A stretch of DNA of 64,000 nt from an uncultured Acetobacteraceae bacterium (GCA_964248625.1 CAXTZG010000002.1:7778-71777), one strand, 5' to 3'; positions 8,945 to 19,412 are shown, numbered from the stretch's first letter. Notes: generated by a model not told the origin, from the letters alone. Program-made: numbers and translations.

Positions 8945-10495
8945 ATGACCGCCACCGCCTGCTTCATCGGCATCGATCTCGGCACGTCGGCCTGCAAGGC
9001 GCTGGCGATCGACGGGAACGGCGGCGTGCTGGCGCGCGCCTCGGCCGAGTACCCGCTCGCCACCCCCCGGCCCGGCTGGGCCGAGCAGGCGCCGGCGGAC
9101 TGGCAGGATGGCTGCGACGCGGCGATGGGCGCGCTGGTGGCAGAACTGCCGCCCGGCAGCGCGGTGCAGGCGATCGGTTTGTCCGGCCAGATGCACGGGC
9201 TGGTGGCGCTCGACCGCGACGACCGGGTGATCCGGCCGGCGATCCTGTGGTGCGACAACCGCACGGGCGCGCAGTGCGACACCCTGACCGCGCGCGTCGG
9301 CGGCCTCGACGCGCTGCTCGGCCTGACGCGCAACCGGATGCTGCCGGGCTTCACCGGCGGCAAGCTGCTCTGGCTGCGCGAGCACGAGCCGGAGGCGCTG
9401 GACCGGATGCGCCGCTTCCTGCTGCCCAAGGACGCGCTGCGCCTGGAGATGACTGGCGAATACGCCACCGACGTGTCCGACGCGTCCGGCACCGGCCTGT
9501 TCGACGTGCGCGCCCGCGCCTGGTCGCAGCCGATGCTGGATGCGGTCGGCGTCTCCGCGCAGCAGGTGCCGGCCGCGTTCGAATCCCACGAGATCACCGG
9601 ACGGCTGCGGCCGCAAACGGCGGCGCGGTGGGGCCTGCAAGCGGGCCTGCCGGTGGTGGCAGGTGGTGGCGATTCGGTGATCCAGACCACCTCGATGGGC
9701 GTGATCGATCCGGGCGTGGTGGGCATCACCCTCGGCACCGCCGGCCTGATCGGAGCCAGTGTCGCGTCTTGTCCGGACAATCCCGGCGGCCTGCTGCAGG
9801 TTTCCTGCGGCAATGCCCCCGGGCGCTGGCATGTGATGGGGGTCACGCTGAATGGCGGCGGCGCCTTCCACTGGTGGCGCGACGCGCTGTCGGCGCTGCC
9901 GGGCACGACGCCCGGCTTCGACGCGCTGGTGGCGCTGGCGCAGCAGGTGCCGTGTGGCGCCGAGGGGCTGCTGTTCCTGCCCTATCTGATGGGCGAGCGC
10001 TGCCCGCACGTGGCGCCGGACGGGCGCGGCGCCTGGGTCGGCCTGACCCGCGCGCACGACCTGCGGCACATGACGCGCGCGGTGATGGAGGGCGTGCTGC
10101 TGAACACCCGCTCGATCCTGGATCTGGTGGCGGCGTCGGGAGTCGGGTGGCAGTCGCTGCGCGTGTCCGGCGGCGCCACCGCATCGCCGGCGTGGCTGCA
10201 GATGCTGGCCGACGTCACCGGCCAGGAGGTGGCGACCGTCACCGGGGCCGCCGAGGGGGGCGCCTATGGCGCGGCCCTGCTGGCCGGCGTCGGCAGCGGC
10301 GCCTGGCGCTCGCTCGACGAGGCGGCGGAGGCGATCAGGATCACCGGGGCGGTGCAGCCCTCGGCACCCGCAGTCGCCGCCTATGACCGGCTGCATCCGG
10401 TCCACGCATCGCTGCACGCGGCACTGGCCGGTGCGGCCGCCCAGCTGTCGGCGCTGGAGGCGGACGCGGCCCGTGTGTCCGGAGGGACCCCATGA
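8945..10495 (+). CDS. xylB: Xylulokinase (FGGY family)
   Basis: 'IGIDLGTSACK', 'IGLSGQMHG', 'PAILWCDNR', 'TDVSDASGT', 'LPYLMGERCP', 'SGGA..S..W.Q..ADV'. Confidence 0.85.
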   Translation: MTATACFIGIDLGTSACKALAIDGNGGVLARASAEYPLATPRPGWAEQAPADWQDGCDAAMGALVAELPPGSAVQAIGLSGQMHGLVALDRDDRVIRPAILWCDNRTGAQCDTLTARVGGLDALLGLTRNRMLPGFTGGKLLWLREHEPEALDRMRRFLLPKDALRLEMTGEYATDVSDASGTGLFDVRARAWSQPMLDAVGVSAQQVPAAFESHEITGRLRPQTAARWGLQAGLPVVAGGGDSVIQTTSMGVIDPGVVGITLGTAGLIGASVASCPDNPGGLLQVSCGNAPGRWHVMGVTLNGGGAFHWWRDALSALPGTTPGFDALVALAQQVPCGAEGLLFLPYLMGERCPHVAPDGRGAWVGLTRAHDLRHMTRAVMEGVLLNTRSILDLVAASGVGWQSLRVSGGATASPAWLQMLADVTGQEVATVTGAAEGGAYGAALLAGVGSGAWRSLDEAAEAIRITGAVQPSAPAVAAYDRLHPVHASLHAALAGAAAQLSALEADAARVSGGTP

Positions 10496-11145
10496 AGGCG
10501 GTCGTGTTCGATCTGGACGGCACGCTGGTCGACAGCGCGCCCGACATCGCCCGGGGCATCAACCGCATGCTGGCCGATCACGGGTTGCCGCCGTGGGAGG
10601 TGCGGGCGATCGAGCGCCTCACCGGCGAGGGCGCCAGCGCGCTGGTGGAAAAGGTCTATGCCGGGATTGGGGAGCCGGTCGATGCGGCGCGGATCGAGGC
10701 CGACACCGCCCGCTACCTCGCGTACTACCAGGCGCATCCGGTGGTGGACTCGACCCTCTATGCCGACGCCGCCGCCGCCCTGCCGGCACTGCACAGCACG
10801 GGCCTGCGCATCGGGGTCTGCACCAACAAGGTCCAGGCCCTGGCGGAGGTGGTTCTCGACCGGCTGGGCATCGGCCGCTTCATCGAGGTGGTGGTCGGCT
10901 CGGACACGACGCCGCATCGCAAGCCGCATCCGGCACCGCTGCTGCATACGCTCGCAGTTCTCGGGGTGACGGTGCAGGAGACGGTCTTCGTCGGCGACAC
11001 CGTCATCGACCGCGACTGCGCAGCCGCCGCCGGCATCGCGTGCCGGATCGTCGACTGGGGCACCGGGCCGCACGTCGCGGTGCCCGCGCAGGCGCGGCTG
11101 CGCCGCTTCGCCGACCTGCTGCCGGACACGGCGGCGCATGTCTGA
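10492..11145 (+). CDS. gph: HAD phosphatase, phosphoglycolate-phosphatase-like
   Basis: HAD motif I DLDGTLVDS, 'CTNK', 'KPHP', 'VGD'. ATGA-coupled to xylB. The true substrate may differ. Confidence 0.75.
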   Translation: MKAVVFDLDGTLVDSAPDIARGINRMLADHGLPPWEVRAIERLTGEGASALVEKVYAGIGEPVDAARIEADTARYLAYYQAHPVVDSTLYADAAAALPALHSTGLRIGVCTNKVQALAEVVLDRLGIGRFIEVVVGSDTTPHRKPHPAPLLHTLAVLGVTVQETVFVGDTVIDRDCAAAAGIACRIVDWGTGPHVAVPAQARLRRFADLLPDTAAHV

Positions 11146-11992
11146 GGCGTCGGCCCATCTGCTTACCGCGGTAGCGCAGGCGCGGCATGGGCTGAGCCGT
11201 GCCGAGACGCGTCTCGCCGACGTCGTGCTGAGCCAGCCGGAGGCGGTGATCACGATGAGCATGACCGACCTCAAGCAGATGGCCCAGGTCAGCGATCCCA
11301 CCATCGTCCGCTTCTGCCGCCGGCTCGGCTGCGTCGGCTATACCGAGTTCAAGGTCCGGCTGGCGCAGGGGCTGGCGCCGCAGCCGCCCTTCAGCCACCA
11401 GCCGATCACCGTCGGCGACACGGTGTCCGATGCGGCGGCCAAGCTGCTCAGCAACTCGGTGAACGCGATCCGCCGCTTCGCCGACGACCTCGATCCGCAA
11501 GCCGTTGAGGCGGCGGCCGACCGCCTGCTGACAGCCAAGAACACCTTTCTGTTCGCGCTCGGCCTGTCCGAGACCGTCGCCTTCGATGCCGAGCACAAGC
11601 TGTTCCGGCTGGGCATACGCTGCCGCCTGGTGCTGGAGGCGCATCGCCAGACGCAGCTCGCGGCGACCCTGCATGCGGACGAGCTGATCGTGTTCTTCTC
11701 GCATTCGGGCGACACCCGCACCCTGGTCGCCGCCGCGCAGAGCGCGCATCGCAACGGTGCCGCGACCGTGGCCCTGACCGCGCCGGGCTCGCGCCTCGCC
11801 CGCGCCTGCGACGTCGTCGTCGGCCTGCCGCGCTACGAGCACAGCGAGCTCTACACCCCGCTGACCGCCCGGCTGAACCACTTCCTGGTGGTCAACATGC
11901 TGGTCGTCGCGGTGGGCCTGAAGCAGAAGCGCGCGATGCCCGAAAGCCTCACCGCCCTCGAGCCGTGGCTGACCGAGAAGTTCATCGATTGA
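11138..11992 (+). CDS. RpiR/MurR-family regulator, HexR-like (HTH + SIS)
   Basis: 'VSDPTIVRFCRRLG..GYTEFKVRLAQ', SIS 'FSHSGDT', C-terminal 'LYTPLTARL'. Confidence 0.9.
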   Translation: MSEASAHLLTAVAQARHGLSRAETRLADVVLSQPEAVITMSMTDLKQMAQVSDPTIVRFCRRLGCVGYTEFKVRLAQGLAPQPPFSHQPITVGDTVSDAAAKLLSNSVNAIRRFADDLDPQAVEAAADRLLTAKNTFLFALGLSETVAFDAEHKLFRLGIRCRLVLEAHRQTQLAATLHADELIVFFSHSGDTRTLVAAAQSAHRNGAATVALTAPGSRLARACDVVVGLPRYEHSELYTPLTARLNHFLVVNMLVVAVGLKQKRAMPESLTALEPWLTEKFID

Positions 11993-12006
11993 AGGAGTTC
12001 ACGCTC

Positions 12007-12732
12007 ATGCAACCCTCCAAGCCGCAGGACCAGGCGAAGCTCGCCGCCGGCCGCAAGGCGATCGAGACCTACCTGCAGGACGGCATGCGGATCGGGCTCG
12101 GGTCCGGCACCACGTCGCACTGGTTCGTGCGCGCGCTTGGCGAGAAGGTGCGCGACGGGTTCGACATCGCCGGCGTGCCGACCTCCACCGCCACGCGCGA
12201 CCTGGCGCGCGAGGTCGGCGTGCCGCTGCTCGACCTCAACGACGTGGTCGAGCTCGACCTGACCATCGACGGCGCCGACGAGATCGACCATGCCGGCCGG
12301 ATGATCAAGGGCGGCGGCGCCTGCCTGCTGTGGGAGAAGATGGTCGCCCGCGTGTCGCGCCGCATGGTCGCCGTGGTCGATGACGGCAAGCTGGTCGAGA
12401 CGCTGGGGCGGTATCCGCTGCCGATCGAAGTGATCCGCTTCGGCTGGCGCAGCACCGGACGCGAGCTGCAGACGCTGTTCGACCAATTCGGCCACCATGA
12501 CGTGCCGATGACGCTGCGCGGCGGCGAGGCCACGCCGGTGATCACCGACAGCGGCCACTACATCCTGGACTGGCAGCTCGACCGGATCGAGGAGCCGGAC
12601 CGCCTGGCGCCGCTGTTCAACGAGATCCCGGGCGTCGTCGAGCACGGGCTGTTCGTCGGCATCGCTCATGAGATGGTGATCGGTCACGCCGACGGCAGCG
12701 CCGACGTCATCCGTCTCGACGGGCCGGCATGA
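12007..12732 (+). CDS. rpiA: Ribose-5-phosphate isomerase A
   Basis: 'IGLGSGTT', 'DLTIDGADE', 'IKGGGACLLWEK', 'LPIEV', 'TDSGHYILD', 'PGVVEHGLF'. Confidence 0.95.
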   Translation: MQPSKPQDQAKLAAGRKAIETYLQDGMRIGLGSGTTSHWFVRALGEKVRDGFDIAGVPTSTATRDLAREVGVPLLDLNDVVELDLTIDGADEIDHAGRMIKGGGACLLWEKMVARVSRRMVAVVDDGKLVETLGRYPLPIEVIRFGWRSTGRELQTLFDQFGHHDVPMTLRGGEATPVITDSGHYILDWQLDRIEEPDRLAPLFNEIPGVVEHGLFVGIAHEMVIGHADGSADVIRLDGPA

Positions 12733-13520
12733 GCGGCGCGGGCACGCCGATGTATCGCGAGAAGCTCAGCTTGGCCGGCCGCACGGCCGTGGTGACCGGA
12801 GGCGCGCGCGGCATCGGCCTGGCGTGCGCGCAGGCGCTGGGCGAGGCCGGGGCCCGCGTACTGCTGACCGACCTCGACGGCGACGCGGCGCAGGCCGCGG
12901 CCGCAAAGCTCGCAGCACAGACCATCGATGCGCAGGCGTTCCGGCTCGACGTCACCGACGCTTACGCCGTGCGCGCCCTGGCCGTCTCGCTGAACGACCG
13001 GTTCGGGGCCGTCGACATCCTGGTCGCCAATGCCGGCATCGTGCGCGGCGGCAGGGCGGAGGACGTCGAGGATGCGGACTGGCGCGCGGTGATCGACGTC
13101 AACCTCAACGGCGTCTTCTGGTGCTGCCGCGAGTTCGGCCGCGCCATGCTCGGGCGCGGCCGGGGCGCCATCGTCACCATCGGCTCGATGTCGGGCGAGA
13201 TCGTCAACAAGCCGCAGGAGCAGTCCTCCTACAACGCCGCCAAGGCCGGGGTGCATCATCTCACCCGGAGCCTGGCCGCGGAATGGGCGTCGCGCGGCGT
13301 GCGCGTCAATGCCGTGGCGCCGACCTACATCGACACCCCGCTGACGCGGTTCGGCCTGGAGGATCCGCAGCTCAGGCAGGCCTGGCTCGGCATGACGCCG
13401 ATGCAGCGGGTGGGCCGGCCGGACGAGGTCGCCTCGGTGGTGGCGTTCCTGGCCTCCGACGCGGCCAGCCTGATGACCGGCAGCATCGTTCTCGCCGATG
13501 GCGGATATACCTGCTGGTAG
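12729..13520 (+). CDS. SDR-family polyol dehydrogenase (galactitol/D-arabitol dehydrogenase-like)
   Basis: TGGARGIG and catalytic YNAAK. 'GSMSGEIVNKPQ', 'NAVAPTYIDTPLTRFG' and 'DGGYTCW' resemble, from memory, acetic-acid-bacterial and Rhodobacter polyol SDRs. Alternative start at 12750. Confidence 0.85.
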   Translation: MSGAGTPMYREKLSLAGRTAVVTGGARGIGLACAQALGEAGARVLLTDLDGDAAQAAAAKLAAQTIDAQAFRLDVTDAYAVRALAVSLNDRFGAVDILVANAGIVRGGRAEDVEDADWRAVIDVNLNGVFWCCREFGRAMLGRGRGAIVTIGSMSGEIVNKPQEQSSYNAAKAGVHHLTRSLAAEWASRGVRVNAVAPTYIDTPLTRFGLEDPQLRQAWLGMTPMQRVGRPDEVASVVAFLASDAASLMTGSIVLADGGYTCW

Positions 13521-13608
13521 ACGGGTGCCCAGACGACGGGCCGCGCATCCCGCCCGTGACCTCGCGGCCGCCCTGCGCTAGAACCCCCTCCTTCCGGAGG
13601 GCCCGCCC

Positions 13609-14922
13609 GTGAACCAGCTCAGCCAGACCACCCTGCCTGCCTCGCGCTCCGCCGCCACGACCCCGGTCTCCGCCCAGCTCGCGGAACGTGCCGCCGCCGA
13701 TCGCGCCGACGCTCTCCGCCCCAACACGCTTCGCTCCGGTCCCGACGAGCGCGGCCGCTTCGGCATCTTCGGCGGCCGCTTCGTTGCCGAAACGCTGATG
13801 CCGCTCATCCTCGAGCTCGACCAGGCCTACGAGGCCGCCAAGGCCGACCCGGCCTTCCGCGAGGAGCTCGACGCCTATCTCAAGGACTATGTCGGCCGCC
13901 CCAGCCCGCTCTGGCACGCCAAGCGCCTGACCGCCGAGCTCGGTGGCGCGCAGATCTACCTGAAGCGCGAGGAGCTGAACCACACCGGCTCGCACAAGCT
14001 CAACAACGTCATGGGCCAGATCCTGCTGGCCAGGCGAATGGGCCGCACCCGCATCATCGCCGAAACCGGCGCCGGTCAGCACGGGGTCGCCACCGCCACC
14101 GTCTGCGCGCTGTTCGGCCTGAAATGCGTCATCTACATGGGCGCCACCGACGTCGAGCGGCAGAAGCCCAACGTGTTCCGCATGCGCCTGCTGGGTGCGG
14201 AGGTGCACGCGGTCACCACCGGCGCCGGCACGCTCAAAGACTCCATGAACGAGGCGATGCGCGACTGGGTCGCCAACGTCGCCGACACCTACTACCTGAT
14301 CGGCACCGTGGCCGGGCCGCACCCCTATCCGGCGATGGTGCGCGACTTCCAGTGCGTGATCGGCGACGAGGCGCGCGTGCAGATGCACGAGGCCGAGGGC
14401 CGCCTTCCCGACGTGGTGGTCGCAGCCGTCGGCGGCGGCTCCAATGCCATGGGCATCTTCCACCCCTTCCTCGACGATCCCGAGGTGGCGCTGATCGGCG
14501 TGGAAGCCGCAGGCCGCGGCCTCGACAGCGGCGAGCAGGCCGCCAGCATCAGCCGCGGCCGCCCCGGCGTGCTGCACGGCAACCGCACCTACCTGCTGCA
14601 GGACGCCGAGGGCCAGATCCAGGAGGCCCACTCCATCAGCGCCGGCCTCGACTATCCCGGCATCGGGCCTGAGCACGCCTGGCTGCACGATATCGGCCGC
14701 GCGCAGTATGTCGGCATCACCGACGACGAGGCGCTCGCCGCCTTTCAGCTCTGCACCCGCACCGAGGGCATCATCCCGGCGCTGGAATGCGCCCACGCCC
14801 TGGCCCACGTCGCCAGGATCGCGCCCGCCATGCGGCCCGACCAGATCGTCTTGATGAATCTGTCCGGCCGCGGCGACAAGGACATCTTCACGGTCGCGGA
14901 GCATCTCGGGGTCCGCCTGTGA
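13609..14922 (+). CDS. trpB: Tryptophan synthase beta chain
   Basis: '[15 protein letters not shown]', PLP lysine 'HTGSHKLNN', 'AETGAGQHG', '[11 protein letters not shown]', 'LSGRGDKD'. Confidence 0.98.
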   Translation: MNQLSQTTLPASRSAATTPVSAQLAERAAADRADALRPNTLRSGPDERGRFGIFGGRFVAETLMPLILELDQAYEAAKADPAFREELDAYLKDYVGRPSPLWHAKRLTAELGGAQIYLKREELNHTGSHKLNNVMGQILLARRMGRTRIIAETGAGQHGVATATVCALFGLKCVIYMGATDVERQKPNVFRMRLLGAEVHAVTTGAGTLKDSMNEAMRDWVANVADTYYLIGTVAGPHPYPAMVRDFQCVIGDEARVQMHEAEGRLPDVVVAAVGGGSNAMGIFHPFLDDPEVALIGVEAAGRGLDSGEQAASISRGRPGVLHGNRTYLLQDAEGQIQEAHSISAGLDYPGIGPEHAWLHDIGRAQYVGITDDEALAAFQLCTRTEGIIPALECAHALAHVARIAPAMRPDQIVLMNLSGRGDKDIFTVAEHLGVRL

Positions 14923-15785
14923 GCCGCATCGCGGCCCGCTTCGCAGCGCTCCGGTCCGAGGGGCGCGGCGCGCTGATCCCGTTCCTCGAGGCCGGCGACC
15001 CCGACCTCGCCACCGCCGAGGCGATCCTGTGCGGCATGCCGGGGGCCGGCGCCGATCTGATCGAGATCGGCGTGCCCTTCACCGACCCGATGGCCGACGG
15101 CCCGATCATCCAGGCGGCCTCGGTGCGCGGCCTGCGTGCCGGCGCCACCCTGGCCCGCACCCTGGAGATGGTCGCCCGCTTTCGCGTGACCGACCCCGAC
15201 ACCCCGGTCGTGCTGATGGGCTACCTGAACCCGCTCGACAGCTACGGCCCGGCCCGCTTCTGCGCCGACGCGGCCCGCTCGGGCGTCGACGGGCTGATCG
15301 TCGTCGACCTGCCCTCCGAGGAGGCCGACCTGCTGGAAGCCCACGCGGCCGAGCACGCGCTGGACATCATCCGCCTGGTCGCCCCCACCACGGCGCGCGA
15401 GCGCCTGCCGCTGGTGCTCAACGGCAGCTCGGGCTTCATCTACTATGTCAGCATCACCGGCGTGACCGGCACCCGCACGGCGTCCGAATCCGACCTCGCC
15501 GGCGCCCTGCCGCTGCTGCGCGAGGCGACCGACCTGCCGGTCGCGATCGGGTTCGGCATCCGCACCCCCGCCCAGGCGGCGTCGGCCGTGCGCATCGCCG
15601 ACGCGGCCGTGGTCGCCTCGGCGCTGATCGAGACGCTGGCGAACAGCCTGGACGCGCAGGGGTGTGCTGGGCCGGACACGGTGCGGCTGGTGCTGGACCA
15701 GGTCAGGACGCTTGCCGACGGGGTGCGTGGGGCAAGGGCTCTGCCCTTGCAACCCGCCAAAGGCCAGCCTTTGGAAACCAACTAA
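14919..15785 (+). CDS. trpA: Tryptophan synthase alpha chain, with a repeat-derived C-terminal tail
   Basis: GTG overlaps the trpB stop. '[17 protein letters not shown]', '[10 protein letters not shown]', 'GFGIRTP'. Confidence 0.97.
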   Translation: MSRIAARFAALRSEGRGALIPFLEAGDPDLATAEAILCGMPGAGADLIEIGVPFTDPMADGPIIQAASVRGLRAGATLARTLEMVARFRVTDPDTPVVLMGYLNPLDSYGPARFCADAARSGVDGLIVVDLPSEEADLLEAHAAEHALDIIRLVAPTTARERLPLVLNGSSGFIYYVSITGVTGTRTASESDLAGALPLLREATDLPVAIGFGIRTPAQAASAVRIADAAVVASALIETLANSLDAQGCAGPDTVRLVLDQVRTLADGVRGARALPLQPAKGQPLETN

Positions 15786-15837
15786 TCCGGGTCCGGGGCC
15801 GGTGGCCCCGGCGGGTCCAGGGCGGAGCCCTGACCTT
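15733..15837. repeat. ~105-bp two-armed palindromic repeat element
   Basis: Outer inverted repeat AGGGCTCTGCCC (15735-15746) / GGGCGGAGCCCT (15820-15831). Internal hairpins CCAAAGGC-CA-GCCTTTGG and CCGGGGCC-GGT-GGCCCCGG. The right arm (reverse complement) matches 58753-58780 at 26/28 nt. Confidence 0.8.
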
Positions 15838-15858
15838 CCTCAACAGGAACACTCCGCC

Positions 15859-16728
<870 letters not shown>

Positions 16729-16735
16729 GCCGCCC

Positions 16736-18040
16736 GTGGCAGGTCCGTCCCCGGAGTTCAGCGGCCGCAGCGGCGTCGTGCTGGAGCGGCTGCAGCGTCT
16801 CTATCCGGCGTTGATCGACCTCAGCCTGGGCCGGCTGGAGGTGCTGCTGGGTAAGCTCGGCCATCCCGAGCGCCGCCTGCCGCCGGTGATCCATGTCGCC
16901 GGCACCAACGGCAAGGGCAGCACCTGCGCCCACCTGCGCGCCATCGCCGAGGCGGCCGACCTCGCTGTGCACGTCACCATCAGCCCGCATCTGGTCGACA
17001 TCACCGAGCGCTTCCGCGTCGCCGGCCGGCTGGTCGACGAGGCGACCCTGGTGGCCACGCTCGAGCGCATCGAGCAGGTCAATGACGGTGCTGCGATCAC
17101 CGTGTTCGAGGTGCTGTCGGCCTGCGCCTTCGTGCTGTTCGCCGAGACCCCGGCCGATCTCGCCATTATCGAGGTCGGGCTCGGCGGCCGGTTCGACGCC
17201 ACCAACGTGGTCCCGTCGCCTGCCGCCTGCGCCATCTCCGCCATCTCCATGGACCACGAGGCCTTCCTGGGCGACAGCATCGCCGCCATCGCCGCCGAGA
17301 AGGCCGGCATCATCAAGCCGGGCCGCCCAGTCGCCACCGGCCGCCAGCTGTCCGACGCCCTGGCCGCTATCGAGGCCGAGGCCGGTCGGCAACAGGCCCC
17401 GCTGCTGCTGCGCGACCGCGACTGGCACATCGAGCGCAGCCATGCGGACAGCCTGCGCTACCGCGATCGCGACGGCGTCCTGGAGCTGCCGCTGCCCGGA
17501 CTGCTCGGGCCGCACCAGATCGACAATGCCGGCCTCGCCATCGCCGCCCTGCGCGCTTCGGGCCTGGTTCTGCCGGGTCCGGCCTATGCCGGCATCGCCC
17601 GCACCACCTGGCCCGCCCGGCTGCAGCGCCTGCGCGGCCGGCTCGCGGCCCGGCTGCCGCCCGACTGGGAGCTCTGGCTCGATGGCGGCCACAATCCCGG
17701 CGCCGGACAGGTGCTGGCCGAGACGCTGCGCGGCTGGTCCGACCGTCCGCTGCATCTGCTGGTCGGCATGAAGCAGAGCAAGGACCCGGCCGGCTTCCTC
17801 CACCCCCTGCTGCCGCATGCCACCAGCCTGTGGGCGATCGCCGAGCCGGGCCAGCATCTGGCACTTCCCGTCGAGGCAATCATCGCGGCCTCCGGCGGCG
17901 TCGCCAGGCCGGGTCCGGTGGTGGCCGACACGCTGGATCGCCTGGCTGCGTCCGGCGGCGGACCCGCCCGCATCCTGGTCTGCGGCAGCCTCTACCTCGC
18001 CGGCGAGATCCTCAAGGCGGACGGCCACATCCCCTGCTGA
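16736..18040 (+). CDS. folC: Bifunctional folylpolyglutamate synthase/dihydrofolate synthase
   Basis: 'HVAGTNGKGST', 'EVGLGGRFDATN', 'IAAEKAGIIK', 'LDGGHNP', 'GSLYLAG'. Confidence 0.96.
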   Translation: MAGPSPEFSGRSGVVLERLQRLYPALIDLSLGRLEVLLGKLGHPERRLPPVIHVAGTNGKGSTCAHLRAIAEAADLAVHVTISPHLVDITERFRVAGRLVDEATLVATLERIEQVNDGAAITVFEVLSACAFVLFAETPADLAIIEVGLGGRFDATNVVPSPAACAISAISMDHEAFLGDSIAAIAAEKAGIIKPGRPVATGRQLSDALAAIEAEAGRQQAPLLLRDRDWHIERSHADSLRYRDRDGVLELPLPGLLGPHQIDNAGLAIAALRASGLVLPGPAYAGIARTTWPARLQRLRGRLAARLPPDWELWLDGGHNPGAGQVLAETLRGWSDRPLHLLVGMKQSKDPAGFLHPLLPHATSLWAIAEPGQHLALPVEAIIAASGGVARPGPVVADTLDRLAASGGGPARILVCGSLYLAGEILKADGHIPC

Positions 18041-18060
18041 CGCGCCGGTTCGAGGATCCT

Positions 18061-19341
18061 GTGGCACCATCCGGCGGGCAGGGCACCCGGCGCCTGCAGG
18101 CGCTCATGCCGCTCGGCCTGGCGCTGCTGTTCGCGGTCCTCATCATCTCCCGCAAGCCGGCGGCGCTGCTGCACGCCGAGCTGTGGGGCGACGAGGGCTG
18201 GTCGTTCTACCCCGATGCCTACCGGGTCGGCTGGCGCTGCCTGCTGATCCCCGCCGGCGGCTATCTCGACACGCTGCAGCGGCTGGTGGGCCTGGCTGTG
18301 CAGCCGCTGCCGCTCACTGCGGTGCCGACGGCGTTCGCCGCCGTCGCCCTGTGCGTGCAGCTGCTGCCGGCGCTGTTCCTCGTGTCGCGCCGCATGGCGG
18401 CAGCCCTGCCCTCGGCGCCGGTCCGGCTGCTGCTCGCCTTGCTGTATGCGGTGCTGCCCAACGAGCTGGAGTTCTACGTCAACCTGACCAACGCCCAGTG
18501 GAACCTGGCGCTGCTCGCCTTCCTGATCCTGGTCGCCGCCCCGCCGCGCAGCCGGACCGGCCGCCTTCTCGACAGCCTCGTGCTCGTGCTGTCCGGCCTG
18601 AGCGGCCCGTTCATGCTGCTGCTGCTGCCGGTCTCGGTCTGGCAGCTCGCCGCACGCCGGCATCCGGGCGACCGCCGGCACCTGCTGATCGTGGCCGCGA
18701 CCGCGCTGGTGCAGCTCGGCGTGCTGGTGCTGGTGTCGCATGGCGGCGGCCGCTCGACCGCTCCGCTCGGCGCCGGGCCGCGCATGTTCGCGCGCGTCGT
18801 CTCGCTGCAGGTCATCCTGGGCGCCGAGCTCGGCCTGCGCACGCTCGGCCGCATCACCGTGCTGCGCGTCTGGCAGGACAACCTGCTGCCGGTGCTGCTG
18901 ACGGTGTCCGGAACCGTGCTGGCCGTCCTGGCGCTGTGGCGGGGCTCGCCGCTGCTGCGCCGGTTCGTGCTGTTCTGCGCCCTGCTGCTCGCGGCAGCCC
19001 TCGTCAGCCCGCAGGTGTCGCTGACCGAGCCGCAATGGCTCATGATGACCATCCCGCCGCTGGGCAACCGCTACTTCAGCTTCCCGGTGATGGCCTGGAT
19101 CGCGATCGTGACGACGCTTGCCGCCGACCGCGCCCGCCCGGTGCGCCTGGTCGGGCGCGCGCTGCTGGGCGTGATCGTGCTGTGGGCGGTGCCGCACGAC
19201 TGGGCGGTGCTGCGCATGCAGCCGACCGACTTCCCCGCCCGCGCCCGGGCGTTCGAGGCAGCACCGCCGGGGACAAGGATGAGCTTTCCCATCGTGCCGA
19301 ACGGGCTGTCGCCGATGATCCTGGTCAAGAAGCCGGACTGA
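18061..19341 (+). CDS. Polytopic membrane protein, probable GT-C-fold glycosyltransferase
   Basis: About 10 hydrophobic segments. An acidic motif 'ELWGDEG' follows the first TM helix; also 'P..GYL', 'NLTNAQW', 'GNRYF'. Start uncertain (18061 GTG or 18106 ATG). Confidence 0.6.
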   Translation: MAPSGGQGTRRLQALMPLGLALLFAVLIISRKPAALLHAELWGDEGWSFYPDAYRVGWRCLLIPAGGYLDTLQRLVGLAVQPLPLTAVPTAFAAVALCVQLLPALFLVSRRMAAALPSAPVRLLLALLYAVLPNELEFYVNLTNAQWNLALLAFLILVAAPPRSRTGRLLDSLVLVLSGLSGPFMLLLLPVSVWQLAARRHPGDRRHLLIVAATALVQLGVLVLVSHGGGRSTAPLGAGPRMFARVVSLQVILGAELGLRTLGRITVLRVWQDNLLPVLLTVSGTVLAVLALWRGSPLLRRFVLFCALLLAAALVSPQVSLTEPQWLMMTIPPLGNRYFSFPVMAWIAIVTTLAADRARPVRLVGRALLGVIVLWAVPHDWAVLRMQPTDFPARARAFEAAPPGTRMSFPIVPNGLSPMILVKKPD

Positions 19342-19412
19342 CGCGGGGCGACTTGTTGCCTTTGCCCTCGCACGGGTCTTTGCTGATCCATGGCTCGGGC
19401 GGAGGCACGACG

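Noticed and set aside
10492-12732. gph plus rpiA as part of a Calvin-cycle (cbb) operon
   Set aside because: There is no RuBisCO, phosphoribulokinase, transketolase or CbbR, and the context is sugar catabolism.
15664-15858. 65-codon N-terminal extension of AccD through the repeat, as in the ORF track
   Set aside because: The conserved MSWL start at 15859 has its own RBS-like sequence, and the open frame upstream is probably incidental.
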